Made by a program: the position numbers and the translations under genes. The notes below the pieces were generated by a model, which saw only the letters and a program-made list of their open reading frames with translations, was not told where the DNA came from and searched no databases. Of a stretch of DNA of 64,000 nt, positions 1-13,912 are shown in pieces. The stretch lies in assembly GCA_030141605.1 (NCBI GenBank), contig JAQGDQ010000076.1:372001-436000 (forward strand), in the 5' to 3' direction. Numbering within the stretch: position 1 is the stretch's first letter; every line of letters begins with the position of its first letter. Origin of the DNA: Tubiluchus corallicola (Eukaryota; Animalia; Priapulida).

Positions 1-2030
1 GTGATGTGATGTGTGCACAAATGAGACACCGAAGCAGATATAGGAGGAGAGGAAAAGAAAGGATGAGAGGGAACGAGAGAGTGTGAGTGAGAGAGTGAGA
101 GAGGAAAAATGGATACTCACGTTCCTTCAACGATACTTCCTGAGAATTTATCGCGACTTACTACTGAGTACCGCTCTGTTCAGGTGAATTTAGCTTTTAT
201 AACTGGTTGATTGAATGTTGGTAGGAGGTCTTGGTTTGCGGAAATTAAGTATTCTGCTTGAATTAGCGTCCCGATTGAAATTATTTATGCAGCTATAAGG
301 GCAACGTCTTGACAACAGCACATTTGATTGCCGCTGAAACTGCTTTATTATATTTTATCGATACTTTGTCTATGGTTCTGTCTCTTGTTTTCTCCCCGCC
401 TTTCTCTTTCTCTACCAATTTGCTCTCTCTTTCTGTGTTTTCTATTTTCTCCTTCTGTTTCTACGCTGCTCTTCCTCTTTCTCCTTTCGATTTATCTCTC
501 TTCCAGTCTCCTCTTTGTTATTCTCTGTGCCTCATTTTATATATTTTCTTTCCTAGCATTGTCATCTTTTTTATATTCCTTTTAGTCTTTTCTTAAACCC
601 AAACAAAGTTTCTCTTGCGCTTCAATCGATTGCCGTTTACAACGTTTCGTTAACATTTCACGTTGCTGCCAGAAAACTACTGAGACGTTAGTCCCAAAGT
701 CGTCCGGAACTATAAAACAAACTCTACAAGTAATAAAATTTAACTTTATGTTCGGTGCTTTTGAAACTGAGTAACGAAATTGAAGTTTAATCTCTGCAAA
801 TTGTTGACGAATGGCTACAAAATTCACGTGTGGCGTAGCAGAAATAACTCTTTACTTATTTGTTCAAAGAACATGCCGAACTTACGAACGTGTACGTACT
901 TTGTATGAAGTAACGTTCTGCATAAAAAGTAAGCTTCTCGAAGGCGGCATATTTGCGGTCTTATGGCAGTCGTGGATTTTTACTATAAAATGTCTGCCTT
1001 CATAGCACTGTTGCTTCTGAGTCTACTGTATCAATTCTGTATAGGTTGTCATGGACTTCATGCATATTAATTTAGCTAAATCAGGTTGTCAGTTTTTAAG
1101 ACCTGAAAGCATAATTTGCTGTAGCATATCATGCGTGCGTAAGCGGCAGGCGTAACAATCGAGGCTTGCAATTTTCTTAATTTGTAAGCAAATTTTACCT
1201 TGCGACAAAATTTGGTGCTTCATACAATCAATAATTCAGCATCTGTCTAAGGTTTCAGTGAGCTATTTCCTGAATCGACAAAAACGGTTCTGTGATGGGC
1301 GAATGCTGTTCGTTTTTTGTGCTTATTATTGTTTTCCATTTTTTCTCGCATTCACTCACGTTTTAAAGTATTAAATTTATACATAAAGTGATAAATATCG
1401 CAAAGTCAATGCAATTATTATTGTTATTTTTTAAAGAAACAACACGAAGAAAATGTAATACATAAGTACAGACAAACACATGAGCGATAATTGTAAAGAA
1501 ATGTGACCATCCCTTCCTTCTGGTTTTTCTGTCTTATTTTGTCTGAAATTAACATTTTTATTACAGCCTTAAAACTTGTAACACGTGTACATGCATTATA
1601 CATTTCGTCGGGAAGTGCATGTCTGCATGGGGAAGCTTTAATGAAAATAACACCCTCTCCACTTTACGGGGATCAGAAAATAGACTGTTTAGTAAATTAG
1701 AAGCCAAGTACAGATTCACTGTCGAATAATAACATATTTCCGATACAATTTTTACATAATGTACTATAACAGTAGTGGTCAACACACGAATCTTAATTTA
1801 AAAAGTAGAGTTATAGATAACCAAGTGATAAGTTGAAGTGTTTTCCAATCCGAGTGATACTCAGTTCAAAAAACACATCCTGAGGACGTTCGTGCTCTAG
1901 GACACACCTCTGTAAAGGAAAAATATACTACGCTTGACCGATTATGCTCTATACTTCTCAGTAAATAATAATAATAAAATAAGTTTATTGATTAATACAA
2001 TTAAATAATGTAAGCAATGTGACGCTACAC

Positions 2031-2216
2031 CACAATACAATGCAATGCAATGCAATGCAATACAATGCAATACAATACAATACAATGCAATGCAATGCAA
2101 TGCAATGCAATACAATACAATACAATACAATACAATACAATACAATACAATACAATACAATACAATACAATACAATACAATACAATACAATACAATACAA
2201 TACAATACAATACAAT
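2031..2216. repeat. Compound pentanucleotide microsatellite (CAATG/CAATA)n
   Basis: Direct tandem array: mixed CAATG/CAATA units followed by a pure CAATA run. It explains the YCIVL/QYNTI ORFs. A short degenerate echo occurs at ~2745-2790. Confidence 0.97.
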
Positions 2217-3959
2217 AGGTATATATGTATATTATATATCGTTTATTCACCATAAAATTTTGTAAATAATACAGTCCACGTGAAGTTATACTCTGTAAAA
2301 GGAATTTCTTAAGCACAAAACATATGTAAATTTACCAAAGTATGGGAAGCGTGCTAAATAACATAATATATAACGCACTTTTGCAATTATTACATCCGCT
2401 GTAGGCAGACAATGAACAGTTTTGCTTAATAATGAATGCGAAAATAAATAATGCAATATTTTGACTCAAGCTCAGAAAAAAGTAAAAATAACAAAAGAGC
2501 CATAATTATGGTGTTAAGAACTTTCAAACACTTTTAACACTTCATGAATTTCGATTTCAAGTGGAGTAGCCTAGGCTCTGTATCAAAAATTAGGTCGGGT
2601 ATGGTACTATAATGTTGGCAGTTTACTTTACTAGCAGATAGGGGCATACGAAAAGCACATGGCTTTTGTCTTGAATACCAAGTCCACACTCACACGTACT
2701 TCTCTCTCGTGGAGTTCTCGACCACCTTCCTGTTTCTGCCTTGCAGTACAAATACAATACAATGCAATGCAGTACAATACAATACAATATAGCATAACAC
2801 AAGATACAAAACAATAAACCTAAACCTATAGCATCATTCATTTTACATAAAAATAATACATTTAAAGGAAAAGAAAAGACTAAAATGATAAATAACTTTT
2901 ATAGTTGAGCAAAACAACTATGAGTTAATACGTGAATTTTAAAGTTATTGCCCCAAATAAAAACTGTCTAAGTCAAGATCAAGCCTGCAGCTGCGTCCAT
3001 TCCCTCAGTAAAGATCAACACTTGGACACAGCTGTAAAGTTACTCATGTCGCAACCAAGGTTTTCATAAGAGCTTCCGCTGGAGTAACTCTATACCACCC
3101 CTCCCACTCACACAGATTTTCTACATCTGTGCCATTGATTCATCTGCCAGTATTTAAATAGGAGACTGTGTTCCGGTTTCCATTTATATTGTAAACCTAT
3201 ATGCACATTACGTATTTGCGTGTGTTGGATATTAGGCCCATATGAGTATATTTAAATTACCATTGTCATATAAGTGAAATGTAACTTATTTAAGATGTAA
3301 TCTTTTATACAGTTTGGCACTCTGTCGGTGTTGAGCACACAAGAGAAAGATCTGGGACCAAAATCTAGCCAGTTATCAAGGATAGTTCTCTGGGGTTGTA
3401 AGCGTTTGGCAACTTTTGAGATGTTTGTTTCCTTCAACGAGAGAAAGATGAGGGGCAATATAGCAGGAGAAATCACCCAAAAATAGTTATTCCGATGGCC
3501 ATCCGTCCATTTAATGATCAGGTTTGGCATTCCTGAACTTCGTAAGCAGACACATACCGTGATCACTCAGTTGTTCTCATTGCTGTGTGCAATTCACAAC
3601 CGTTCGTTAGCTTTCATTATTGGAAAATAGAAATCAAAATTTCGTTCAACTAAATTTAATTGGCATTTTCATTGCATCCTTAACTTATTTAATGCAGTCA
3701 CATCCTGAAGACATTAGCCGAACTAATACTTTTTTCAGTAGCTTGCGGCCACTCATAAGTGGAAAGCCACCGTCCAGAATACACAAGATAACGGACGCGC
3801 CAGGAAGCAGTGGTGTTACACAACTGATAAATATCTTTGATTCGATAACGTCTTTACTAAGAGTAGACATGGTGGGAAAATGAGAGCAAAGTATTCCCGA
3901 GTATTCTTCATAAATGCTTGCAAGGTTAGTGTTGGTAAATCTTGACTAGATGTTATATA

Positions 3960-4190
3960 GTATAGTGTGAATGTTTCGGTCTGGGAGGTCGGGAGTTCGA
4001 TACAGCGGCGGGTCATACCAAAGACTTTAAAAATGGTACCTGCTGTTGCCTTGCCTGGCGCGTTGTATTTAAGGTAAAAGTTGGGTAATAATAGTCTCTG
4101 TTATGTAGTTATAGAATTGTTATTTGACTGTTAGTTGTTTACCCAAAAAGCCGACTTTAAATATCGATTAGTGTATTATTATTATTATAT
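3960..4190 (+). mobile_element. tRNA-derived SINE, copy 1 (5' end degraded)
   Basis: B-box-like GAGTTCGATAC, core GGGTCATACCAAAGACTTTAAAAATGGTACCTGCTG...CTGGCGCG and an (ATT)n tail. Aligns by eye with 11821-12075. Confidence 0.8.
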
Positions 4191-7100
4191 TTACGGAAAA
4201 TAACAAAACTTTTTGTGTGTACTTGTATAAGGTTTTCATAAGAGCTTCCGCTGTACTTTACAGTTTACACCTCCTGTCCCCGGAAAGAAAAATCAAAAAG
4301 ATCATGCGATTATTTGATTTAATATGATTTAATATAATATAATATGATACTTTATTTAAACTTTATTTATAATTAATGCTTTTTTACTAGTAATTTGCTG
4401 GGTCGACGTTTTGTACGACATTGATTGGGCTACGTTCATAAAATCACTGTAAATCCGTAACACAGAAAATTATAAGAAATGAACTGTACTTCATAAAAAG
4501 TTATTTTACATAAAATCATGTGATAGTCATAAAACTAATTAGTAATGACTAGTAATTACTAGAAAACTAGTAATGCCTGCGTATTTTAGACATAAAGTTA
4601 AATACACACACTCTGATTTCTGCTTATAATAATGATTAGGATTATTCGGGGCTGTTTTTTCAGCTTCACTATTTGTTTTTTCTAATCTGCGCTAAGATAT
4701 GACTACAGAATGCAAAAGAAACTAGATTAATTTCGTTTATTTTAATACATAAAAAGCTAGGCTTAAACGAAGTACTTAACTGTTTTTTGCCGAGACAAAT
4801 TAATAACAGCTTAGCGCAGCTGATAATCTACAATCTAGTGTTTCGCATCGTACACTCGCGCCGCCAGTGGTGGCTCCTCACTGCTGTGCTGAGAGTGACG
4901 AGCTAACCATCAGCAGTAAGCCAGTAACCGAGTCATTGCATATTGAGCAACTGAGAAAGCAGTTGTGTTGTTTGAATCTTTCCGCACTCGAAACACGTGT
5001 AAGGAGATTTCTCTGTTGGCCTGACCCTGGAGACTGTTTCGTTGTGTAACGTCGTTTTCTTAAATGCAGCGAATTTGTATGATGATGATACGTACGCAAG
5101 GATAAGGAACGATCATTAATTGGAAGCTGCTCTTTGTTCAAGATTTTTGTAAGCCGTGTAAAAGGTAGGTGGTAAAGGATGAATTTGTAAGGCATTATAC
5201 TAAACCTATAATTTAAAATCCTATGCTTTAAAATCTGCGGAGGTTGGTGTTTTATTTTGTGCAACTAAAGTACGGTGGCATACAATTTTTACGCTAAAAA
5301 TGATTTAGATCAGATAATGCGGAGTCGTAAACACACTTCGCTCAGCAGAGAATCGCACTCGTGTTTTCTTTGTACGAAATTCCTCGTGTCTATGCATTAT
5401 CTTATAAAGCTTAAATATAAGTAATATAATATGAAGTAACATATCTTATTCCGTCAAATGCGGAAAAGAACAGTTGAATATATATTGTATTTTTTCAGTT
5501 AGATACAAAATTTTAAAGGTCTTGACCTTCCACAATCCGAAAGTTTGAAAATTTGACCACCCCCGCCAGGGCTTTTGGACTCAGGCCATCCCTGAAGTTT
5601 GTGACAATAAACCGTTCATATTTGGAAATCAAAGCTGAGAAATCTGCCATAGAAAGCATTTTCGAGATTGTTCATTCTTATAAGTGTCGAAAAATTCAGA
5701 AATGCAGTAGAATTTGATGATCATGTTATTACAATAAAATGTGTTTTTGTGAATAACCCTGTTGTAAGTCTAAACAGGCGACTATTCAGCATTAAGATAA
5801 TCACTAAAAGTACTACAGTAGAGATAAGAATTAGAAGAATGGGACTAATGTTTTCACTGAGAAAAACTTGACCAAATCTTGTTAGAACACGTCGGTAATA
5901 TGGGACAGCGGGCGCTGAAGCTGTGTCCAAAAATAAAGTCCAGCTTCGAGACCTAGTAAAACAGATGGTTACAACTTTGTGATTCCTTCCTTCTGTGAAT
6001 CTTTGCTGACGTTTGACTGCAGCTGCGCGCTATTAAATTGTAATCTATACATACAAGATTGCGATGAAATGAACTCCATCATATATTTTTTATATCAAAT
6101 TCGACGGAGATGAACCAAACTTTAACGTGAACCAAGAGTTCTTCCATATAGGCAAATGTCTTAGACTATTAGACCACACAAGCCTTTGTGATAAACATGA
6201 TCATTAAATGAATGCTATAAGCTCGCCAATTAATTTCAAGTATTCATGTACTTATACTAGAGCTCAAGCACTTATAATTTTTGGTCTGTTACTGATATTG
6301 AAATTCAAAAGTCAGGAAATAGGGACCTGAAATTGAAATACACATTCCGTTACGACTCGTTCACATTCCGTTCATTTCGGTTGACATTCGTTTCAAATAA
6401 ATTTAATTGAAGTGGGTTCGTGTTATCGTTATTAATGAATGATCATGTAATTAAGATCCTTACAACTTCTGCATTAACCTGCATATTGCAAAGCGTGTAT
6501 CGCCCAGGTTTATGTCATTTCGATATTCCATGGAACACAAATTGATTAAATGACTTAAAGGTAAATCTTAACTGAAACTTTTAGTTTCTAATTAGCCATG
6601 AAAATAGACTGTTAATTATGAACAATGTTTAGTACGACGCTAAAAATCAGTGAACTTCTGTAATTTTTGCGGAAGCAATGTTTTCCAGTTATGTTTATAC
6701 TTTTTATTAATTCTAAAATTTATTCTAATTATTAGAAACAATTACTTCAAATCAATTAAAGAAAGGCAACTGAGATCTTTTATTCTCGTAAAAACAGTAA
6801 CGTACTTTATTTTAAAAGAAGTAGCAAGAAAGGCCACAGATAGTGTCTTCTATTTATTCTAGCTTTTCTGCTCATTTTGGCACACTCATTTTTTCTGTTT
6901 TTCTCAAAGCTTTCAGTGATGCTATCAGTGATTATTGTTGTTATTTCGTTTTTTAAAGACTAATATTTCCACTTGATAGTTCCAGCATTTTTAGTGTAAG
7001 AAGTTTCTTTTTAAATGACATTTTTTTTGGTAAAAAATTTTTTTAACTAACGAGTTTGACTTAAAAATTCCGTCAGCAGTGTCTGAAAATTTCGTAAGGA

Positions 7101-10100
7101 CATGTCAAATTTGCTGCTTTCGTTATCAATGTAAAATCTGATAATATGATCAACTGGATTTTTGTGTCTTTCTAATTTATGCAAAAGTGATAAGTGATTA
7201 AAAAAAGAAAAGTTACACGCCGCTTTATGCAGTAACAATGAATTTTTACTGTATCCTATATAAGGGAGAGGAAGGAAGAGTCAAATTTCTGGATTATAAA
7301 CGGGCACACTCCCTAAAATTATACACCTTCCATTGTTATTACTTTTAATTTTGAGCCAACACCCAAAATTGTTACAACTATATTATGATGGCCATATACT
7401 AGTTTTACAATCGCACACGCCTTCAGTCTAACTCCCTCAGAAAAGACTGACAGACGTGATTAGCATTTGAGATGGAGTTAGTCGAAAGAAAGGCGCAAAA
7501 ATTGACGTTAGCTAAACCCACAATTAATAACCAGTCATCCATGCCGTAGGACAAGTTTGCGAGAAAACGTATTCCCACAAGATCGGCTGCGAATTTCTGT
7601 GGCAAAGAAACGTTGATCTGATAGAAAAATAGAGCTTAGTCACGTTTTGAGGAGGGAGAGCTGTTGCGGTTGTGGTGTGCAGTGTGTGCTTCGTCCTCCC
7701 GTTCGCCTCTTTAAAAGCAGAGGATCACGCACTCTGCTGCATAGAAAACAAAGCTGCATCTGCTGCGTTTTAGTTATAATCGCATTAAAATCAACTAAGA
7801 TTATTAATGTCAGTCGGAACGGCTCACGGGCGAGATTTATCGTCTTGCACTTAAGTCCCAAAACTTACCATTTTCTGTTTTTAGAAAAAGGTCAAATTCT
7901 GTTTCTTCTGTGTAGGAAATTCGTTATTGCCTATGTGAATATCATGAAAATAGTGTAATTCTAGTTAACTATGCTAAGTGTCCGATATAAAGTTATTTAA
8001 TTAAACTGCGTCTAAATCAAATTCTTTTTGCGTGAGGTCAACAAAAGTTGGACACGAAGATGGGACGGCTACTTTAGTAATATCCTTACATTTCTATTGA
8101 AACATACTTGTAATATAAGCTTAAACAATTTGTTCGTGATATGCATTGTACGAAGGCTGAGTTTGATTCACGGACGAATTTAAGCCGCGAGGCAGTGATC
8201 GCATAATTCACTGATTAACCTCTATAGCTTATCCGATTATCTTTGACCATCGTATGCCTATCTAATTGCCTGAAATGAGTTTGTAAAGTTTCTTTGACTA
8301 CTATATTTGGCGCTGTGACGCAACTCTTAAGCACTCTTTAAGCATAGGAATAGGGATACTAGAGACTGAATAGGTATTTGACCCTAATTACCAATAGCAC
8401 TATAGAAGCACAAGCCTAGATGGTTCTCATTACAAACTTAGTGTTATTTCACTACTGTCTACTGATACCATTTATTTTCCTCTTACGGAACTTGGAAAGT
8501 GAGTTCAAGTAACATTACCTGGTCATATATTTAAAACAGGTTGACAGAGACAATGGGAGGCCATAAATAATGGCCAGCGCCATTTTGTTGGACAGAAAGG
8601 CATTTAGTTAATGTATAAATCACTGGACGCCCCCAGGGTCTCTTGTCCAAATGTCCAGCGTCGTAGGTCGTGGAGTTTCAAATTCTGGAAAGTGGACGTA
8701 TTCTGAACATGTGTTCATTGGGAACATGTATTCTTTCACTTCAGCTCTGTAAGCAATGATTAATAAAACTTTGTGGAGTCAATGGTATCTTTAAAAATGC
8801 AAACCTATTCTCCTTATTTGGAGACTCACGGGATAAAGGTATCTCATTTGGGTGTCGGCAATAGTTAATAGGAGCTGGAGGCTGGAACTCTTTTCTGGAT
8901 CAACCTATTGTCAAAAACAGGATTTATTTCTTTGAGAACAATAAGTACAGCCAGTTAATTGTCATCTTCCATTGTTCTCTCACTTCGGGACGTCCCTTTA
9001 CGGGATGATCCCAGGCGTAATACGTGACGTCATTGTTTACTCATTATAGCAGGTGTAAATCGTCTTTGAAGCATTTCTGGCATAACTGCGTGATGAATGA
9101 TTAGATGGCATAATGTCAGGCTTTCATATTCTTGGTCGTTTTTACAACGTTTGAGCTAAATTGATACGGCAGAAAGGTAATAGCTTAATCATCTTGGCGC
9201 GGCTTGCTTGAAGTTTTTATGAGTTTATAGCCGCCGCGTTTCCCGTCAGGTTGTTATTATGTCAATGGGGCAAAGTACAAAACCTAAGTTGCAATATTGG
9301 GAAAGTCAAAAACGTCGAATTACGTGTGGAAATTAATGTGAATAAAGACATTTATAACATCGATGTTAAGAAAATATTATTGTCGGTTGTGAGTCTAAGG
9401 ATGACACAAGGTTCTGTTTTTATTAAAGATCTGCAAGATACTGAAAACTTATTTTTGGTACCTCGGCAAATCACTAAGGCGTATTGCAAAGGTAAATTCA
9501 TTTCAGGCGTGGCATGTCGAACATACACTTTAAAAGTCAACTAATGTAAGAAGTAAAACTCAGGCAAAGATAAGTTACTTTTAAACTAATATTTTCGTAT
9601 TAGGCTGATAGTCTTGTCAGGATTTTATTTAATATTTGCCGCTATGAATTGCGTGACTGATCTTAACAAACAATGACCCATGAGCAAATCTAGTGGATAC
9701 ATGTTGGGAGCTTAGTGTTGCCGGATCCAGACGGACGGATCCGGGTATCAACGCTTTGTAAATTTGCGTGACAGCAACACGAAGGTGTAACAATAGCAGC
9801 GAATAAAACCAGGAATTTTTCATTACTCTTTCATCTTCTTCAACAATTCTTGCCTTGTGCGTTTAGAAATGGGATTATGCCCAGCAGTTATGCAAGTTTG
9901 TTGCGAAAATTCCAAGTGGCTGGATTTTCAACGCCGTGTGATTTTTTGATGAGTTTACAACCACGGTGATAACAACGAGTTTTTAGATGATTTTCCATAA
10001 CCCCGAGAGGCTAGAGACGTACAAGCTTTAGATTAGCTATTGTTTTTTTATAAAAAAAAGTTGGCACACTACTCAGTTGTAACACATACTATCAGTTACT

Positions 10101-10880
10101 GTTGAATCGTTATGGTAGGACTAGAACTAGCTCCGTTATTGAGGATATTTTGTCAGATGAAATATTCATTTAACTGATCCTGCAGAGTGTCTTCTCGGCC
10201 ACGTTCAGGTGCATGTTCTAATGTCATCCTTTCTCGGCAGCATAAATACGGTAGATGATGCTGAATTCAGATAATTCCTTGGTTTTACTAAATTCCCATA
10301 ATTATTCTTTGTCTGTCTGCCAGGCTGCTTGCCTCAATCGCGCTCTCTTTCTCTGCCCTTCTCTCTTTGTGTGTCACTCTTTCTCTCTGTTCTTTTTTCT
10401 TTCTTCATATATTCCCTTATACAAGTCGATTTAGCTCCGTGTTCTTTGGTGTTTTATGAAGGAAAACTGTGGGGAGGGAGCGACAGCTGTATCGGGTGTT
10501 TATACTAGACTGCTGAGAGAGGAGTATCACTTTCCTCATTTCCTCTTTGCCGACGGAAGTGCTTCGTAATCATGGGAATTTATAACGGGACGGTTGCATC
10601 ATCCTTCTTAGAGTTATTACTTTCGAGCGGCAAGACGTACAACCATTCTAATTTCATAGTTCTTAATTCCTTCTATCGTTGTTGTCCCATGGAAAAGATG
10701 AAACGTTACTCAGAACAAAGCGTTTATTCTGAGCGATTTCTGACTTGTGAATACTTTCTCTTGCTCTTTTGCGAAACACCTAAGAATAAATGATATGTGT
10801 TTACTAAAAGAACTGTAATTTATTAGGTACAAGGAGTTCCGAGTTTTGTACGTGCATACTAATCGAAATTGCCAAACTAA

Positions 10881-11023
10881 AATGTGTTGCCAAACTTTGT
10901 CAAAACATAAATGGCGCTAGGCGTAACAAGAAATTAATGAATAAATGTATTAATAACAGTTCAGCAAAGTGTTACTAAATTGTGTCAAAACATAATACGA
11001 TACTGGCGCAACAAGAAATTAAT
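10881..11023. repeat. Diverged local direct duplication (~57 bp x2)
   Basis: 10881-10938 and 10967-11023 share GTGTT..TGTCAAAACATAA..GGCG.AACAAGAAATTAAT. Confidence 0.7.
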
Positions 11024-11820
11024 AGAGCAACAAAATTGTATAAATTAAATGGCAACCGTTGTTGTCACTGAATGATTACTTGAGAATTAACTGAATACAA
11101 GTGAAAACCCTCTAGGCCTGAATGTCACCAAAGATTTAAGACAACAAGAACGTTTTCATTTTGGAAAAACTGGTCTGTCTGCTTTAGTTACTGTAAACAC
11201 TACCATATTGTGATAATTTTACATAATTCATAATCTTTCTGACAAATCAATAACTTTGCACATGATTTTTCCAAAATAAAATTCCACTCTGTCTTAAATT
11301 GTCACGATTTCCGTCAGACAGTATGCGATTTATTTTATTCATTCAAAGCAGCTCAATGAATCATTTGCGGTATAAATCTCTGCTGTAGCGTTTATCTGCA
11401 TGCCTGGCTGACAAGCTGAATGGCCACATAATGTAAACCGGTGCCGTCGTTATTTAAATGCCAACAGTTAAGAAAAAGATGAATTTTAATAGGATTACAG
11501 CCAGGGGAAGGACCATGAAAAAGTGAGTCAATAAATAACCCGTAAAGAGTTAAAAGAGCGATAGAAAAAACACGCAATTATGAATGAATTTTTGGAATGA
11601 AATATAGCAGCAGTGTGTTAAAGAGATGTGAAAAATTCAGAATTGATAATGACAGTCAATACTTTCCCAAAAATATCTATAGCCACCCCCTGAGTCTAGC
11701 CATTAAAAAAACAAAAACACAAAGTCTCTGTAGCAAAATGTAAGATATTTCTTTCGGGTTCTAAGGATCAGAGCTCAATGTTTAAATTCTTCAGGAAGGA
11801 ATACTTGGTTTTTTTCCTCA

Positions 11821-12075
11821 GACGGTTTGGTCTAGTGGTAACGCGTCTGGGAGGTCGTGAGTTCGATACTGCGGCCGGGTCGTTCCAAAGACTTTAAAAA
11901 TTGTGCCTGCTGTTACCCTACGTGGCGCGTGGTATTTAGGGTAAAAGTGGGGTAATAACAGTTTCTGTAATGCAGTTGTAGATTGTTATTTATAGTCGGT
12001 CCTAAAGCTCTTTGGAGCTTATGTTAATTGTTCATCCAGTAAGCCGACTTTAAATAAAGATTATTATTATTATAT
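11821..12075 (+). mobile_element. tRNA-derived SINE, copy 2
   Basis: A box TGGTCTAGTGG, B box GAGTTCGATAC, the same core CCAAAGACTTTAAAAA..CCTGCTG..TGGCGCG, the same 3' segment AAGCCGACTTTAAATA and an (ATT)n tail. Confidence 0.85.
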
Positions 12076-13840
12076 TACTAAAAGCCTTTCTGGGTGTTTT
12101 TTGTTTTACGTTAGTTATAATGAGTTATTCAGGAATGATGATGGAATTTAACCGAAAACATATGAATTTCATATCACTTTCCAACTTAACCGCATAAACT
12201 TTTATACCATCAGACTACTCAGCCCCTTGCAGTCAAAACAGCTCTAATTCAGTAAGTTCTGTGAAAGCCAAGTTTTTCTAGTATTTCTAAGCATTAGTTT
12301 ACTCACGGTCCAATAATTGTTATCTAACTGAATTATGTTTTTTAAATTAATTATGGGTCTAGGCAACAGTCCGTGTGAAATGCAGGATTATCAGATAGTT
12401 AATTTCAATAAGCCGTTAATTTCAAAATCAAGTGAATTTCCAAACAAAAGTCCACAATATAACTGATGACGATGAAAAAGTCAGAGGCGAACAGAAAGTC
12501 GTCAAATATCACCAAAAATCAATTAAAAGGTCCCAATATGTGCGTGAACGATAAGGCTGTGGATTAAAAGTACCCTGATTTACACACTCGATCTGTCTGT
12601 AGCTGATGTCGTCTGCCATAATAAGCCAGTATTATAATTATATCATAAATGCAGTAAACAATAGAGGCGCTGTATCATATTTGCGATGAGTAAGATATTG
12701 ACAATTCCAATATGCATTTATGCATTCATCTAAAAGTACAGCTAACTAGGTTCAAATTTGTGAATTACAGTCTCGATCGACTGTGACGAGGAGCTTATTC
12801 CAACCAACGGCTCCAAATTTCCGTATCGTATACCCAATTAAGGAATTAACCGTATTATGGTAAAGAGCTCTATTAAGAAGAGGCACCCTGAAACAATGGC
12901 TGGCTTGTGTCAGTGATTTACGGCAGCAGAAAATCTGATTAGTACGACAGATTTCTGACTTTTCTGTGACTCCTTCCTGGTAAAGGATCTTATATTGATA
13001 AGCATACCCATGCTTGAAAGCTGTTTGTGTGAAAAGGCGGTCTATTTTTATTTATTAAGTGAATTAACATTTTTGCTAGAGTGAATTAGGAAGTATTAAT
13101 TCTATCTTTGCATGACGTAATCCAGCTTTCGTTAAGCAAAATATTTGCTAAGAAAACTGATAAATTTCTTTTTCTTCTTCACAAGGCCATCATGACAGAC
13201 CACCGTTTAAGAAAAACTCTAATCGCCTAGTAGCTGTTGCGGAGTTTTTCACTAGATGTCAGTAAATACGAAAAAATAATGATGGCTTTATTGGCCGCTA
13301 AGCTAATTAGGTCAAATTACGCGAGTCATTAGTGAAGCACATTGTTGACTGACTTGCCAGGTGTTTTGTTTTGCTAAGTTATTTCGTGGGAGTTGTTTTA
13401 ACCCAAAATTGTCAGCATCTCCTTACAAAATTGGCTGAACCTCGGTGAATTATGGTTTAAACAAGGCGAGCCGATTTCGTGCATTTGTCTAATGGCAATC
13501 AGCATCAGTACAGGCCTAATTAAAATTGTCATCTGTTCGTAAATATTTTTGGAAACAAGTTTCAAAATAGTTTCCATTTGCGTGCATTAACGGTGTTTAT
13601 TACAGCTGATTGACGGTGGGCACTGTTTATGTGCCTGCAGGCTGTTATAAATAAAAATTAACATGAACAAAGCTATTCGTACGATGTTCACACAAGGTTT
13701 CTACAGTATCTTATAAAAGTCTTTGAAATGTGCATGTAATTTATTAGCTAGTGGGTGCAGCCAAACTGCCATGTCCTAAAGCTTGACCAATGTGTGTGTA
13801 TGTGTATCAAAGACGAGAGTTTAAACCAGCTTTATTAAAT

Positions 13841-13912
13841 TCCCCAGTAGCTTAGCTGGCAGAGCATGTGCCCTGAAAGCCAAAGGTTCCAAGTTCAAGT
13901 CCTGGCAGGCAT
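13841..13912 (+). pseudogene. tRNA-like relic (pseudo-tRNA or SINE head)
   Basis: TAGCTTAGCTGGCAGAGC (A box/D arm) and GTTCAAGTCC (B box) at tRNA spacing, with CTGAA centrally (Phe-like). Acceptor and anticodon stems do not pair well. Confidence 0.6.

Noticed and set aside
309-596. Hydrophobic F/L/S-rich ORFs resembling membrane proteins
   Set aside because: Produced by pyrimidine-rich low-complexity DNA; non-ATG starts.
1942-2316. ORFs with YCIVL/QYNTI repeats
   Set aside because: Translation artefacts of the pentanucleotide microsatellite.
3252-3883. Cluster of 60-104 aa ORFs
   Set aside because: No recognisable motifs or splice structure.
8705-8733. p53-like paired GAACATGT motifs
   Set aside because: Both half-sites mismatch the consensus and the spacer is long; chance cannot be excluded.
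13841-13912. Functional tRNA-Phe gene
   Set aside because: Acceptor and anticodon stems are broken; kept only as a relic.
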